Assembly: GCA_021613535.1 (NCBI GenBank)
Contig: CP075494.1
Location: 13,144,001 to 13,208,000 of the forward strand
DNA length: 64,000 bases
From: Adineta vaga
Taxonomy: Eukaryota > Animalia > Rotifera
Reading direction: 5' to 3'
Below the pieces are notes generated by a model. The model ran no database searches, had not been told where the DNA came from, and saw only the letters and a program-made list of their open reading frames with translations. A program made the translations under genes and the position numbers. Numbering within the stretch: position 1 is the stretch's first letter; each line of letters starts with the position of its first letter. Below, piece by piece: positions 29,042 to 43,515 of this stretch.

Positions 29042-29478
29042 ATGGCTTCACTTGCACGTTTATCATTAACATCATCATCGGCTTTATGTCGTTTATTGAT
29101 CAGTCGTAATGCTGGTCTTGTTCAACAACATTTACCATCGATGATTATTCCAACTGCTACACAACAACGATCAATTGTTACCACTCCTATTCGTCGTGAT
29201 ATTGATTCAGCAGCTAAATATATCGGAGCTGGTGCTGCTACCGTTGGTGTAGCTGGTGCTGGTGCAGGTAAGTGATGAGATAGATTTAGAAAAATTTCGA
29301 TAGATTATTTTGTCTTCTAGGTATTGGAACAGTATTCGGTTCACTTGTAGTAGCCTATGCCCGAAATCCAAGTTTAAAACAACAACTTTTCTCTTATGCT
29401 ATCTTGGGTTTTGCTTTATCCGAAGCTATGGGTCTCTTTTGTCTTATGATGGCTTTCATGTTATTGTTTGCCTTCTAG
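29042..29478 (+). CDS. ATP5MC: Mitochondrial ATP synthase Fo subunit c (nuclear-encoded)
   Basis: Presequence, then [24 protein letters not shown]|[51 protein letters not shown]. Confidence 0.97.
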
Positions 29479-29810
29479 ACAATTCGTGATTCAATTATCT
29501 ATTTCCCGTACATACAAGAACATTTAGGCGAACTTTTTCGTTCTATATACCCATCCTGATTCCTTTCTATTCATTAAACAGTAGCCTATTGATCTTGTTA
29601 GTCCTAGACTTATATTGTCACCAAAACCGCCGTGATTGTTTGTCTTTTTTCTTTTTTTTTATGCTAAACTCTTTTTTTCTCTGCTTGGTCAACCTTGAAA
29701 TAAATTCAAAAGAGATGAGACAGATTATCTACTGATAAAAAAATATATTCATAAGCTTATAACAAAATAGAGAAAACTTCATAAAAAAAATCAAAATTAA
29801 CGAATTTCAT

Positions 29811-31616
29811 CTATTTCCAAATTGAAATTTCCTTTCGACGAATGATTAAATGAACATGTTCACATTGATTAACATGTAAAATTCGTTTTATCCATAATTT
29901 TCGTACATCATTATCAACTAAGGATGGTACACGAAATGAACCTTTTCGGCAAGCCATACGAAAACTAATTAAATTTGGTAACGAACATAATATCATTTCA
30001 ATAATTTGTTCAAGATGTCGATTTATTGATCGACTTGAATGCATTAAAAATGAAAAATTACGTAAAGATGGAAATGCTTGAAGTAATAGATCAATATCTT
30101 TGATAACAATACGACCATCTGTATCACTACTAAATAACCAAAGTTCTTTCAATCGATCAAATATAGTATCAGGCAAACGTTTACATAGATAAATTAAATC
30201 ACCATACATGATTGTTAAAGCACGAAGACAAGGTGTTATTGAACTTTGTGTTACTAATAGAAGAAAGAATGGTATATTAATTTTACATCGTGTTGATCGA
30301 ACATATCGTAGTGCAAGAAGACGTGGTAAATATAATTGATCATTAGAATTCGTTTGATCGAATATATTCACTGATGTTAAATCAAGAGCTTGAATACATG
30401 GAAAACGATTTAGAACATGTAACCAATCATTAATAAATGTTCGTTCATGTCGTCCACATAGAAAAAGTGATTGTACGCTTCGTGCTTGTCGTTGATATAA
30501 TTCTGGATTTGTTGTTTTACCATATCTTACTACGGGTGATGTTGTAACACTCATATTGGTTTCAAATTCATGCATATCATACGGAATTGTATCAATATGA
30601 AGTACACGACTATCGGAATAACAAATAACGGGTAAATTTGTACGTGCAAATGATTCAACAAATGGACTAACATCGATACATGTTGCACCTGTACCCATCC
30701 AAATTCGTGTTCGAAAATAGAGACGAGTTAATTTTGGTAGACGAGATGTTAATAATGTCCAACAAAGTCCATCAGCATAATCCATATCTGTTGTTTCAAT
30801 ATCTAATGAAAGTAATTTAATAGTTGGAATATGAATTACAATAACAAATAAATCATCAAATGTTAAAGCTTTTTGATCATTTGTTTGTATATGAAAATCT
30901 GTTAACTTCTTTGGCATAACTTCTGCTGTTGCATATTGTTTTGGTTCATCAGACGTAAATGAATTAATTTCTGCATAGATTTTAATAAGATTTGGTGAAC
31001 GTTTAAATAGAAGAATTAAATCATCGATATGTGCAACAATGATTGTTAATTGTTCGAGATATGGATTGATAATTAAATCAGTATTATGTTGTAAACGAAT
31101 ACCATTATGACCAACCCAAAGACGAATTTCTTTGAATGGAAATGCTGAACAAAAGAGATAACGATCGAGAAGAAGTTTCGTGGAATGCTGTAAAGGTCTT
31201 AAAGCATCGATATCAATAAGAATTTTATCGATCATTGCAAGTTTAGGAAGAATATCTACATCATCATTACTAAAATCAATTAATCGAAGTTGAGTAAGAC
31301 TTGGTAAAAACTCTCGAAGTGTATGATAATCTTTTGTTGATTGATTAAATAAATTTATTTCTCCTGGAGCATTCCAATTACTTAAAACTAATTTTGTGAT
31401 ATATTTCGATGTATATGGTAATAAATGTGAATACCATCGTTGGTATTGAGTCAAGGTTAAATGATGTATGTCTGAATGACGTCGAAATTGACTGATCGTT
31501 CGACCAAGACGCGAATTAAGTTGTCCGAATCCATCAATAATTTCAAATGGTCGTAAATATAAACAAACATCGAGAATAATCTCATCTGGTAATTGTTCAA
31601 ATTTCGATACAACCAT
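29811..31616 (-). CDS. F-box / LRR-like protein (intronless, 601 aa)
   Basis: N-terminal SKFEQLPDEIILDVCLYL...FGQLNSRL F-box, followed by degenerate LxxLxL repeats. Confidence 0.8.
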   Translation of the reverse strand: MVVSKFEQLPDEIILDVCLYLRPFEIIDGFGQLNSRLGRTISQFRRHSDIHHLTLTQYQRWYSHLLPYTSKYITKLVLSNWNAPGEINLFNQSTKDYHTLREFLPSLTQLRLIDFSNDDVDILPKLAMIDKILIDIDALRPLQHSTKLLLDRYLFCSAFPFKEIRLWVGHNGIRLQHNTDLIINPYLEQLTIIVAHIDDLILLFKRSPNLIKIYAEINSFTSDEPKQYATAEVMPKKLTDFHIQTNDQKALTFDDLFVIVIHIPTIKLLSLDIETTDMDYADGLCWTLLTSRLPKLTRLYFRTRIWMGTGATCIDVSPFVESFARTNLPVICYSDSRVLHIDTIPYDMHEFETNMSVTTSPVVRYGKTTNPELYQRQARSVQSLFLCGRHERTFINDWLHVLNRFPCIQALDLTSVNIFDQTNSNDQLYLPRLLALRYVRSTRCKINIPFFLLLVTQSSITPCLRALTIMYGDLIYLCKRLPDTIFDRLKELWLFSSDTDGRIVIKDIDLLLQAFPSLRNFSFLMHSSRSINRHLEQIIEMILCSLPNLISFRMACRKGSFRVPSLVDNDVRKLWIKRILHVNQCEHVHLIIRRKEISIWK

Positions 31617-33808
31617 TTCTCATCCTCTCTATGCGTTAATTTGTCAGCAATCGTGTAATAATTTGTTTCATATTTTCTCATTATTACACGAGACCACCCA
31701 CGCTTGTGTACTCATCCTTACAAACATATAAAAAAGAGATGTACAGGTAAAAATCAAAGAACAAGACAAACATCAAAACAAGTAAACACTAAAATGTATT
31801 AAAATTCGTACTTGACTTTATCATTTGTACAATGAATAATTTAAATCCAATTACGTAGAACAATACTATTCTAATTGTTGACTATTAATCAATTGATCGT
31901 CTTGACTTGTATGGTAAGATCTAGTTTCGATGGGATTATTCGATATTGTACAAAAATAATATCTTTTATTCAAAAGACTATTGTTTTCGGGTAAATATAG
32001 TGATGACATTGTAATAAGACGTTTCATCTATTTTCAACGACAGGTTGTTGTTTGAAAATAGAAGAAGAAAAGCAGATCATTGAGTCAATACGTAAAAGAA
32101 ACAAAATTTCAGCGACAATTATTTTGATCGATTCTAATGTAACTCAGATGAAGTCTTTTTCATCTGGTAAAAATTATTCGATTATATGGCCACAGAGAGA
32201 GAGAGTATCTTTGTTAACACCAATTGAGCTTCTTCAGAACAGATCGAAATTCAGTTTAGATTAAAATATTTTTAATTTGAACTATATATATTTACAATCT
32301 AGTACATGCAAAAAATTTATTTTCTTTCTCATGGCGATTATTTCTTCAGCTAACTATCGCTGGTGTCTATTGAACTAATTTGAACAGGATCTAAACTTCT
32401 ACAGAGTCCAAGTGAGCGTAAAGTTAAACGAATCATTCGAAAGATGTTGCTTGTCAGTAACACAAATCAAGTATGGGAAGAAACATTTCTAATCTTGCAC
32501 TATGCACTCTATCTCTTCATTAACAAACATTCATGTTTATTGATAGACGATATAAAAGAACTCAATACTGTAATTCGTTGCCTAATGTAGATGAAATTTG
32601 TTTTGTGAAAACAAAAGTGATGGTGAATGTGATAAAATAAACCAAGGGAGAAAGACTGATTACAATCAAAGCAATCATTGGAAATCCTTGTGCATTAAAA
32701 ATAGTCTTTTTCTTCACTGTTTTTCGAATAGAATATGTGGTGGTCAAGGCTCTGTAGCAGAGAATCGTTCGTTATGTAAATTGACTTACTTAGAGCTATA
32801 TTTTCCTTCTTTTTTTCTATAATACAGACGAAATATATTACTCAAATTTGATTGATTAAGAACTGTTCTAAAGTGAAGAAGAGTGTGAGGAACTAATACA
32901 TACCGGACACAAAAATTTGTCTTGAACTTCAGAATGGAATAGAATGAAGTTGGCCAAAATCATTGATTGAAAATGCTACTCGTTAGTTTTGCGATTGAAG
33001 AAGATTTTCCAGACCATTTCCTTGCAAAACCATCTAGAATGATATATTACAAGTTAGATTGTTCGAATTCATGCAAGAAAATCTGTTACAAAAGGCATAC
33101 AGTTGGACACTTGAGAATCAATTCAAATTACTGTTGGATTCGGCTTCAATACTCACTTTTGCTTAGACCATTCGTCTCTAGCACGTATGTATTGTACGGA
33201 TCTTTCACTCAATCTCTGTATACCATTCACATATTGCCATGATATAATGACTCCAGTTCAGTTTCCAATAAAATAAATCTTATATATAAAGTAAGATATA
33301 AGAAAAAGATCTAGTTCTTAATTCAATTAACGCATCTATGCCATTGACAATTATCGAGAATGATATATAAATATTAGGAATTGAAAACTATGATCCGTAT
33401 ACATATTTGTTTCCTATACTTATTTCACGTTTGTAGTCTTTGAAATAAATCACGACACCGGCATGTTGTTCATATGTCATCCCTTGTAAGTAACTTGTGT
33501 AGTATGAATATTGAAGTTCACTAATAATCTATAAAAGATAAATAAAGAATGATGGACTTCCTTACTTATAGACTACTCGGTATATAATATAAACATAAAA
33601 TACTCATTGACTTGATGAAAGGGTATTGATTTTGAATTTGTTTTAAAATACGTGCTATTTTGATACAGAAAAAAAGAAAATAACAGTCATAATGATGATA
33701 CGCTTCGATTGAATGACATTCATTTCAATGACACATAAATAAACGAGTAGAAAATGTTTTAATATTTTACTAATATATTTCTATGAAGAGAAAGATATTT
33801 TCTCTACA

Positions 33809-35381
<1,573 letters not shown>

Positions 35382-35895
35382 AAGAAGATTGCTGTACGTT
35401 ACATCGATGAATTAAGTTGTATCAATTTCAATTCTATATTTGAGAAAAACAAATACTTTGATTTGTGCGCGTATGATTAATTTATAGAAAAGAATCTTCT
35501 ACTGTTCGTTTTTCTTATACTATTAACCTAAGCGTATAATTAAGTTGTCAGTCGAGGCCTTGGATATTCAATGAATAAGTTCAAATAGTAATAGCATGTT
35601 AAGTTGGAGTAATTCGCTGGGAATATGATGTAATATCTATGAGCGACACCATTTTGATATTTATTCTAATAGGATTTTCTAGTAAACCAATAAAATAAAA
35701 CGAAAATAATACACATATATAACGTCCTGGTCAAAGACATCAACTTTAGTGTGATAAAGAGAAAAAAAGTCGATGCATTTGTTAATAAACTTATTTTTCT
35801 TTCGATTTTATTAGTCTTCATCTAATAAAAACAAGTGTTTTGTTTTGTAAATACATCATTCTAGATTCGTTTACTTTTCTTGTTTCAACAACGAA

Positions 35896-37075
35896 ATGAA
35901 CATGGCATCTTCCACTCCTTCACCTAATCCAACTGGTCTAGTAAAAGTTGATAGTAGTAATTCATTATCTTCGGCTTCTAATAATACTCCTGTTTCACGT
36001 GAACGTATTGCTGGTTGGATAACAGAATTATTGTCTTCATCAACACGTGAAACTGCTCTCATGGAATTGAGTCGTAAACGAGAAAGAGTTGCTGATCTTG
36101 CTGTATTACTTTGGAATTCTTTTGGATCCGTTGCTGTACTTCTCTACGAAGTGATGTTAGTCATTATGATCTTTTACAAAAAAATTAAACTTCATTTCTA
36201 TTATCGATTATTTTCTTGTTTAGTTCGGTTTACCCATACATCACGCCTCCTACTCTAACTGCTCAACAATCGAATCGTGTTTGCAATGCTCTAGCATTAT
36301 TACAATGCATTGCATCTCATCCTGAAACACGTACACTTTTCATTCAAGCTAATATTCCATTATTTCTCTATCCATTTCTTAATACTAAATCATCGACACG
36401 ACCATTTGAATATCTTCGTTTAACTTCTTTAGGTGTTATTGGTGCATTAGTTAAAACTGATGAAACAGAAGTGATTAATTTCTTATTAACAACTGAAATC
36501 ATTCCATTATCATTACGTATTATGCAGTCTGGTAGTGAATTATCGAAAACAGTTGCAACATTTATTTTACAAAAGATTCTTGCTGATGATTCTGGATTGA
36601 ATTATATTTGTCAAACCTTTGATCGTTTTTCACATGTTGCCATGGTTCTTGGACGAATGGTTCTTCAACAGGTTTGATTGTTTTGAATAATTCTAAGAAG
36701 AAAAAAAAACAACTCTTCTTTTCATTTCCTTTCAATAGCAACGAGAAGCAAGTGGTCGTTTATTAAAACATATTATTCGATGTTATTTACGTTTATCTGA
36801 TAATCCACGTGCACGAGAAGCGCTTCGTTCATGTCTTCCTGATTGTCTCAAAGATCATACATTTGTACGAGAGAAAGCATTCAGTCAAAATCAATATTCT
36901 CTTTTCAACTTTTTTTTTCTAGGATAACATTCTTAAAGATGATCAATCGACTAAAAAATGGTTAGCACAATTATTACTTAATCTCGAAGCAACATCTGCG
37001 ACAAATTCCCAATCAACAACACCTGCTTCTATTCTTCCACCACAAACTCAATCAACATCACCATTAGGCATGTGA
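35896..37075 (+). CDS. CNOT9: CCR4-NOT subunit 9 (Rcd1/Caf40)
   Basis: [54 protein letters not shown] and [28 protein letters not shown]; stop TGA at 37073-37075. Confidence 0.96.
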
Positions 37076-37339
37076 TCAATATCAATTTTTGTTTCATCGA
37101 TGACAATAGTCATTCATACAAGAAACGTAGTCTATTTTTCAATGTTAAATGTACATTTTCCGTTTGATCATTCCCTTAACAAGTAATCTATTCCGTAGGC
37201 TTCTTCTTCGATTTTTTTGGGTTTTTTTCTTTTCATTTGCATCAAAACCGGTTGCTTCAGCTTGTGATAAATTTATTCGAATAATTTTACAAAACATAGT
37301 TTGATCATGACTGAAAATAGAGCTATTAGTAACAAGAAA

Positions 37340-38365
37340 TTATAATCGTCGATGTTTTGTTTCATAAAAACGATTTAATAATATCCGTATTTCTCTCATA
37401 CATTCTCGATTTGGATATAATAAGCAATGTAAGGTATGCATATGAAATTCTTCATGTTTTCTCAATCGAACAAATCTTGGAACATTAGGACCTTTAAAAC
37501 CAAGTGTAATTGCTTGATCAATATTGGATGGATTTGTAAGATTAGTAAATAAATCGCTTTCGATATGATGATGAAAATGTTTAGCAATAGTTAAATTAAT
37601 ATTATGTTCAGCTTGAAGTATATAAGCAATATGAGTATCATCGGGATATCTTGATGATACACAACCATTAACAAATCTTTCATTTGGTTGAATATCATCA
37701 TAAATCTTATGTAGGAGAGATTTTGAAAAACAAATTCCACCACCATATGTTCCAAACCAAAAATGTCTTCCACGTCCAGATTTTGGTTCTTTCATACTCG
37801 GTTTACCAATGTATAAATATTCATTTTCAGGAGAAAATTGTTTTAAATAATCAACTAATAAAGGAACGTTAACATATTGATCATCATCAAATCGACATAA
37901 CCATTTATACTGATTTTCATTTTGAAAATAAATAAAAAATTCCGATGCACTATGACAACATAAATCAGGTATTGTATGTGCTTGACTACAATTCGTTGAA
38001 TAGATATGATGATGATATTGTTTTGGAAGTTTTCGATAGAAAAAATTCACATCACCATTCGTTGTTATATAAGTTGATTCAGGAGAAAATTGATACCATG
38101 TATCTATAATAACTGGCATACGAGATGATTGAGAATTTTTCGAAGTACGTATAACGAGAAGAATATCATGATTTGATACTGTTGATGAAATAACTGACGA
38201 ATCAGCTTTGAAATAAGAATACATATTGAGCGTATTCTTCGTATCAGTAATCTCCATTTGAGAAATTTTTAATTGAAGATTATACGTATGAACTAATAAC
38301 CACCAAATAATAATACTTAAATACAAACTAGGATATCGTCGTAGCGTGAACAATATTCTACGCAT
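37340..38365 (-). CDS. Fringe-family beta-1,3-N-acetylglucosaminyltransferase (intronless)
   Basis: Type II TM anchor, TNCS..H...LCC, WLCRFDDDQYVN, YIGKPS, FWFGTYGGGICFS and PDDT. Confidence 0.9.
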   Translation of the reverse strand: MRRILFTLRRYPSLYLSIIIWWLLVHTYNLQLKISQMEITDTKNTLNMYSYFKADSSVISSTVSNHDILLVIRTSKNSQSSRMPVIIDTWYQFSPESTYITTNGDVNFFYRKLPKQYHHHIYSTNCSQAHTIPDLCCHSASEFFIYFQNENQYKWLCRFDDDQYVNVPLLVDYLKQFSPENEYLYIGKPSMKEPKSGRGRHFWFGTYGGGICFSKSLLHKIYDDIQPNERFVNGCVSSRYPDDTHIAYILQAEHNINLTIAKHFHHHIESDLFTNLTNPSNIDQAITLGFKGPNVPRFVRLRKHEEFHMHTLHCLLYPNRECMREIRILLNRFYETKHRRL

Positions 38366-39312
38366 AGTATTTTTGTACAGGAGTTGAAAATGTCAGCTTT
38401 AGTTTGACAATGCATTCAACAGCATGTGAGAACGAAGAAAAGAAAAGGCAGAATCCAACCGAATTTCTTTCTTTCTTTCTTTTTCTTCTACCGTTCTGAT
38501 GACACATATGCATAAGCATAAGATGAAAGAAATATGCAGTCGTTGTTATTTGCAATCGCATATACGACTGAGAAGAGAGTATTTTTCTCTTGTACAAATA
38601 TACATTTAATTCACACTGTGTTGCCGAGTCAGAAAGAATGAAAAGAGTCGTTCTTATCATATAGTTAAGAAATTCAAAGAATATATGAGCAGATGTGTTC
38701 AATACTGAATGGTATTAGTATGTGTACTAGGCAAAATATCTGATTTGCTTCACTAATAATAAAACTTGAATAGAGAGAGAGAGAGTTATCGCTTAGAAAA
38801 GTCAAGGTAAAGGTCGATGATTAATCATATGTATAAAACTATTAGCAAATCTGAAAATTTATTGAAATATATCATTCGTTTGTATTCATAAATGAGTATT
38901 AACATGGTATTCTATTAATTTAAGCAAACTATACATAAACATCTGAAACATATAGGACTAATATTTATTGATGTTATTTTGCACTGAAAGCCTGTTTAAG
39001 TAAATGTCTTATAAATCCTTATACAAGGTTGAAAATAATATCAAATTTTCTATGAATCATTTTGAAAGCGATAATCTCTTAATAACGCGATATAAGATTT
39101 CACTTGAAATTTTTCACTATAAATAATTCTAGTAAAGTTTTACAGTAAAGTACGTCAGTGAGATTGTTGTGGACGTCATTGATATTTGATCAAAATATTT
39201 TTTCGAAAGAAAACACTGTATGATTTTGATTTAACCTACGCGTATACATAGAGTATATATAGCTATAGATGATGAAAATAATTATAATACAATTGCTTCT
39301 TCAACAGCAACG

Positions 39313-40255
39313 ATGTTTTGGTTAATAGTGATTTTCATTCTTGTACCTCAATTATCAATAACAATAGCTTCATTTGATTGTTATGAATGTTCTCAAAGAA
39401 TGATTCTTAATTCTCCACATCCACTTCGTATACCAACCAATTGTACATTAAAAAATGAAACAAGTACGACATGTATGGCCACCTTACGACTCGATTTTGA
39501 ACAAAACAATGGATCGATGATTTTAGATGGTCTATCTCGAGATTTATTGAATTTTTCCGATCATACGACAATTATTACACATAATATGCAGATTTTATTT
39601 GATAGTCAAAAATTAGAACGTACTTTTCAAATATACTGCTTTGAAAATGAATCATGTATCAACGACTTGTATCGTATCTATGAATTGAGTATGTACAAAT
39701 CATGGATATCAATGAATTTTTGAATGTATGTTTTGTTTTATAATAGGTAAAAGACACAACATTATTGAATTACGAGAAAAACTTCAATCGAAGTTGTATA
39801 ATTCGTCTGATTCGACGTATCTCTCCTGTGAAAATAATCAAAATGAAACTATTCCATGTCCTAATGGTTATTGCCAATTAATTAATAATGGTGAATCAGA
39901 TTATACTCGAAATTGTATACCAGAAGGATTTTCTATTTTACCACCAGGCATTTTCATAGCATCGAGTATGGTAAATGATTTTGATACAAAAGCACCTTTT
40001 ATGTATATTTGTAATCAAAACATGTGTAATAATATGGAACTAGCTGAATACGTACAAAATTCATTAACACAATATGGATTACTAACACCGTTTTATGAAA
40101 CACCTATATATGTACTAGAAACAACAACAACAACAATAAATGAAACAACAACTGTGAAGTCAAAAGGTTTATTAATGAAAGTTTCATCTGAGAATATTTT
40201 TGGTATTCAATTGATTGTTTTATTGATAATAACATTCTTTTTCGGAAAACTATAA
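39313..40255 (+). CDS. Ly6/uPAR-like Cys-rich, probably GPI-anchored surface protein A (copy 1)
   Basis: Signal peptide, FDCYEC...C...C..YC...C, intron 39689-39746, second domain SC...CPNGYC...C...YICNQNMCN, Thr-rich stalk and hydrophobic C-terminus. Confidence 0.75.
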
Positions 40256-40746
40256 ATGTGAATTTGATGTCTCATGTGCTGCTCCTTGAAATGACTATGT
40301 ATGATATCACATTAACTTTGCGATCATTCCCCTCGCTTACAAAAAAGAAAATATAATAAACGTCACTTCTCATATCAATTTTCTTTCTTTCTTTTTGAAA
40401 CTTCAAAGAAACTCCGAAAGCAGTTTTCTTTTATACATTTGTCGACCAAAATATCAGTACAACAACGTAATTCTAAGATTCACATAATAAGCTGCTAGTA
40501 AATAATGTATTAATCATAAAATGAAGACAATACATTTGAATTATACCGTACTTATAAGATCGAATTTATCATCAAGTAAATATAACTTATTCTTAACAAA
40601 TATAGATCGCAGCACAAAATAATACGAAATAAATATTTAATCAAACTATCCATTCAAAGATAAATGCAGGAGATCATATATATATATATATATATATATA
40701 CATAAACAGGAAGTAGTCGAATATTTGGCATATTATATTTATTCTC

Positions 40747-41188
40747 ATGACTATGTATTGCTATTTAACTACGTTTCTTTACGTTTTATATGCTGCTCGA
40801 ATAACTCTGGGACTTGATTGTTTCGTATGTAATCAAACCTTAGTATTGAGTTCATTTGAAATGATTAATACAACACGAGCTGAATGTAAATCAACACATA
40901 AGGTCAGTCCGATGTGTATGTCAACATTATCGATAGATGCTGAAAGAAAAAATGTTCATGTCACTTTTGAACATTCAAATGAACAGACATTACTTTTTAC
41001 AAATGGACATAAGATGACTCAGAGTACTACGAGTATTTGGTTTAATAAAAATATCGTTACCCAAAGTTTTCAAGCATTTTGTGTCAACAGTACAATTTGT
41101 GCAGGAGACATGAACAAGATGTATAATCGAAGTAAGTTTAACAAAGATGTTATTCTAAGTCTTCATATTGAAAGATCAACAATAGATT
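40747..41188 (+). pseudogene. Truncated copy of Ly6/uPAR-like gene B (exon 1 plus part of the intron)
   Basis: Identical to 50391-50832 but broken inside the intron, with exon 2 absent. Confidence 0.85.
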
Positions 41189-42188
41189 GTTGGAGATATT
41201 AGTAATATTTTCATTCTTATACTTTTTAATCGACAAAAACATAATGCATGTTCAATTTATTTAATGAATTCAGCTGTAGTAAATATAGTTTATTTAACAC
41301 TTGGTGGTGTATTTCGAATTTATTCATATTCTTATACCGATAATACAATTCGTTCATTAATTCCCTGTCGACTTTCAATGTTTATTCTATCATTTCTTGG
41401 ACAAGTTACAAAAACTCTGCTTATATTTGCATGTATCGATTGTTATATGATTACAAGTACTCATGTTTCCTTAAGAGCATTTAGTACACCTAAACGAGCA
41501 AAATATTTCATTATTTTTATTTTTATGTTTTGGGCAATTGTTGCTGGTCATGCACTTGTATGGTTAACTGTTAACCCTAGTACTACCAGCCTGGGTCATT
41601 TTTGTCCATTCTGTTGAGGGGGGATACAGGAATGAAAAAATTATGGTAGTACGAGGGTTAATAATGGTCAATGTGCTGCATCGGGTGATTGTGGTATATT
41701 TTATGGATTTTATGCTTTTATATTTATTGGATTAATCCCATCAATTACAATATGTGTATTTGCTTATTTAACTTATAGAAATATAAGACAATTACGAAAT
41801 CGTATTCAACCAACAAGTCAAGAATTACATAATAGAAATAATTGTTTAAAACGACGAGATCGATGTTATTAATTCTTGTTATAAGTGAAGTGATTATTTA
41901 TATCATAACAACGAGTCTATTAACATTAGTTTTTTTTTTGAAAGAATGATTACTCAGTTTATTTCACCAAATAAAAGTGTGCAACTTCTTCAAATTGAAT
42001 ATTTTGCATTAAATACGGCATTATTAATGATATTTATTTTTAGTGCAACACCGTTTTATACATATTACATTTCATCAGCATCCTTTCTTGAAGATTGTAA
42101 ACAATTAATTCTTACAAATTATCGAAAATTTCGTCATACAAATTTCGATCATAGTGTTTCGAGAAGACATCAAACACTAACATATTAA
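41189..42188 (+). pseudogene. 5'-truncated rhodopsin-like GPCR pseudogene
   Basis: Begins mid-TM1 (VGDISNIFILILF...NACSIYL); has ACIDCY, LTYRNIRQL..RIQP and TPFYTY..SS.SF. Interrupted by a TTAA mini-element and a frameshift near 41863. Confidence 0.85.
41575..41657. mobile_element. 83-bp non-autonomous piggyBac-type element
   Basis: TTAA on both sides (41571-41574, 41658-41661). TIRs CCCTAGTACTACCA / TGGTAGTACGAGGG match 13/14. Excision restores WLTVNNGQC in the GPCR. Confidence 0.88.
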
Positions 42189-42499
42189 CGCACTTATCTT
42201 TAATCAACTCTATACACTTTCTATGAACTTCATATTGTTATCATTCTTTATTGTCTCAACAAAATTCTAATAGGAGATTTCAGTGTTATCACACACATGA
42301 TTTTCTGACGGTAGAGAAATTACGTGACGGTGTGGGTATCCCTTCATCAACTGACCAACATACCCTCTTGAGCTTTCTCTTCATGTTTTTCTATAGGATA
42401 TCATTTTCAATAGAGAAATGAATGAGATTGATCAATTTGTTTGTTCATTATTTATATTTATTTAAAATAAAGAAAAGAAAAAAAAATTATATTTTCAGT

Positions 42500-43515
42500 A
42501 CCAAATCAAATATTCTGAAGTATGTCCATCACGATAATTTGCTTGTCCAATTGGTAATTTACATCGACAAAGTGGACATGAAGCATTTGGATCAAGCCAT
42601 GATGTAACACATTCTTCACAAAAGACATGGTAAATTCAATCATATAGATATTATTTTTTTAAGAAAAGAAAAAAAAGAAATGCACGACAGGCATAGATTA
42701 ATTTCAACAGTATATCGTCGCTTAGTTTGAAAATAAAGGCAATGGAATTCGATTTCTTGCAAGATCTTTTAGCTAGTAATTTTAATGTACGTAAAAATAT
42801 TAATATACTTACTGAGACTTTGTTATTATTTATTTAGCTTATGGAGCTTGTTAGGTTGGAAGATATTATCGATCAACGAAAGTCGGCTATCAAGAAAAAA
42901 CTTCAAGATGTTCCTGCAACATCAGAAAATAGGAATATAATTAAAGAATTTAATCAAGAAAAAAAGAAGGTTTCATTAGAAGACTCTATGGTCTTTTTGA
43001 ATTCTTTCTGAATTCAAAATCACAAGCCATAAGCATTTTTTTCCACACAACCCCTGGGTATACGGGTCTACAACAAACAATTGGTTCTATTCAATGACGG
43101 ACAGTCATTGTTATATATCCAGATGGTGCAACACACAATTGTTCACATTATTTTTCACGATTCTTATCATTTCACTTGACCATGACCAGACATAAATCCA
43201 GTACTGAGTTCATAGACTCGCCTTAATTCATCACTAGTGATGAAAAATCTGTATACCCAGTTAGATACTTTCACCTTAATCAATTTGAAAGACTCATGAT
43301 TTCAATCGGAAATGATATCTGTTTCTTCTTTTCTTAATTCAGATAGAATTCAAATAGACCATTGTATGCATTAGAAGCACAACTTATTGGTTGTTTTGTG
43401 AATTATCTCGAATATGTTCGTATGTTAGCAGCAAGAAACGAACACGCAATACCATCATCATCTAATGATGCACAATTGGAAAACAATGAACCAGTAAGAA
43501 AAAAACGTAATTAGA
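42500..43515 (+). pseudogene. Possible decayed gene fragments of unknown family
   Basis: Exon-like stretches with splice-like borders and stop codons, e.g. EAQLIGCFVNYLEYVRMLAARNEHAIPSSSND...RKKRN* ending near 43513. Confidence 0.3.

Larger units (their letters stand above)
39079..41188 (+). repeat. Direct segmental duplication, copy 1 (2110 bp)
   Basis: Runs from TTAATAACGCGAT to CAACAATAGATT; near-identical to 48725-50832. Confidence 0.97.

Noticed and set aside
32895-33250. MITE-like termini (TACATACCGGACAC; TACAGTTGGACAC) and short ORFs in the 31.7-33.8 kb intergenic region
   Set aside because: No paired TIR or TSD and no coding signal could be established.
40747-41617. Functional Ly6-exon/GPCR chimeric receptor at the duplication junction
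   Set aside because: Read-through stops at 41202 in a different frame, no strong in-frame acceptor is evident, and the GPCR is disrupted downstream.
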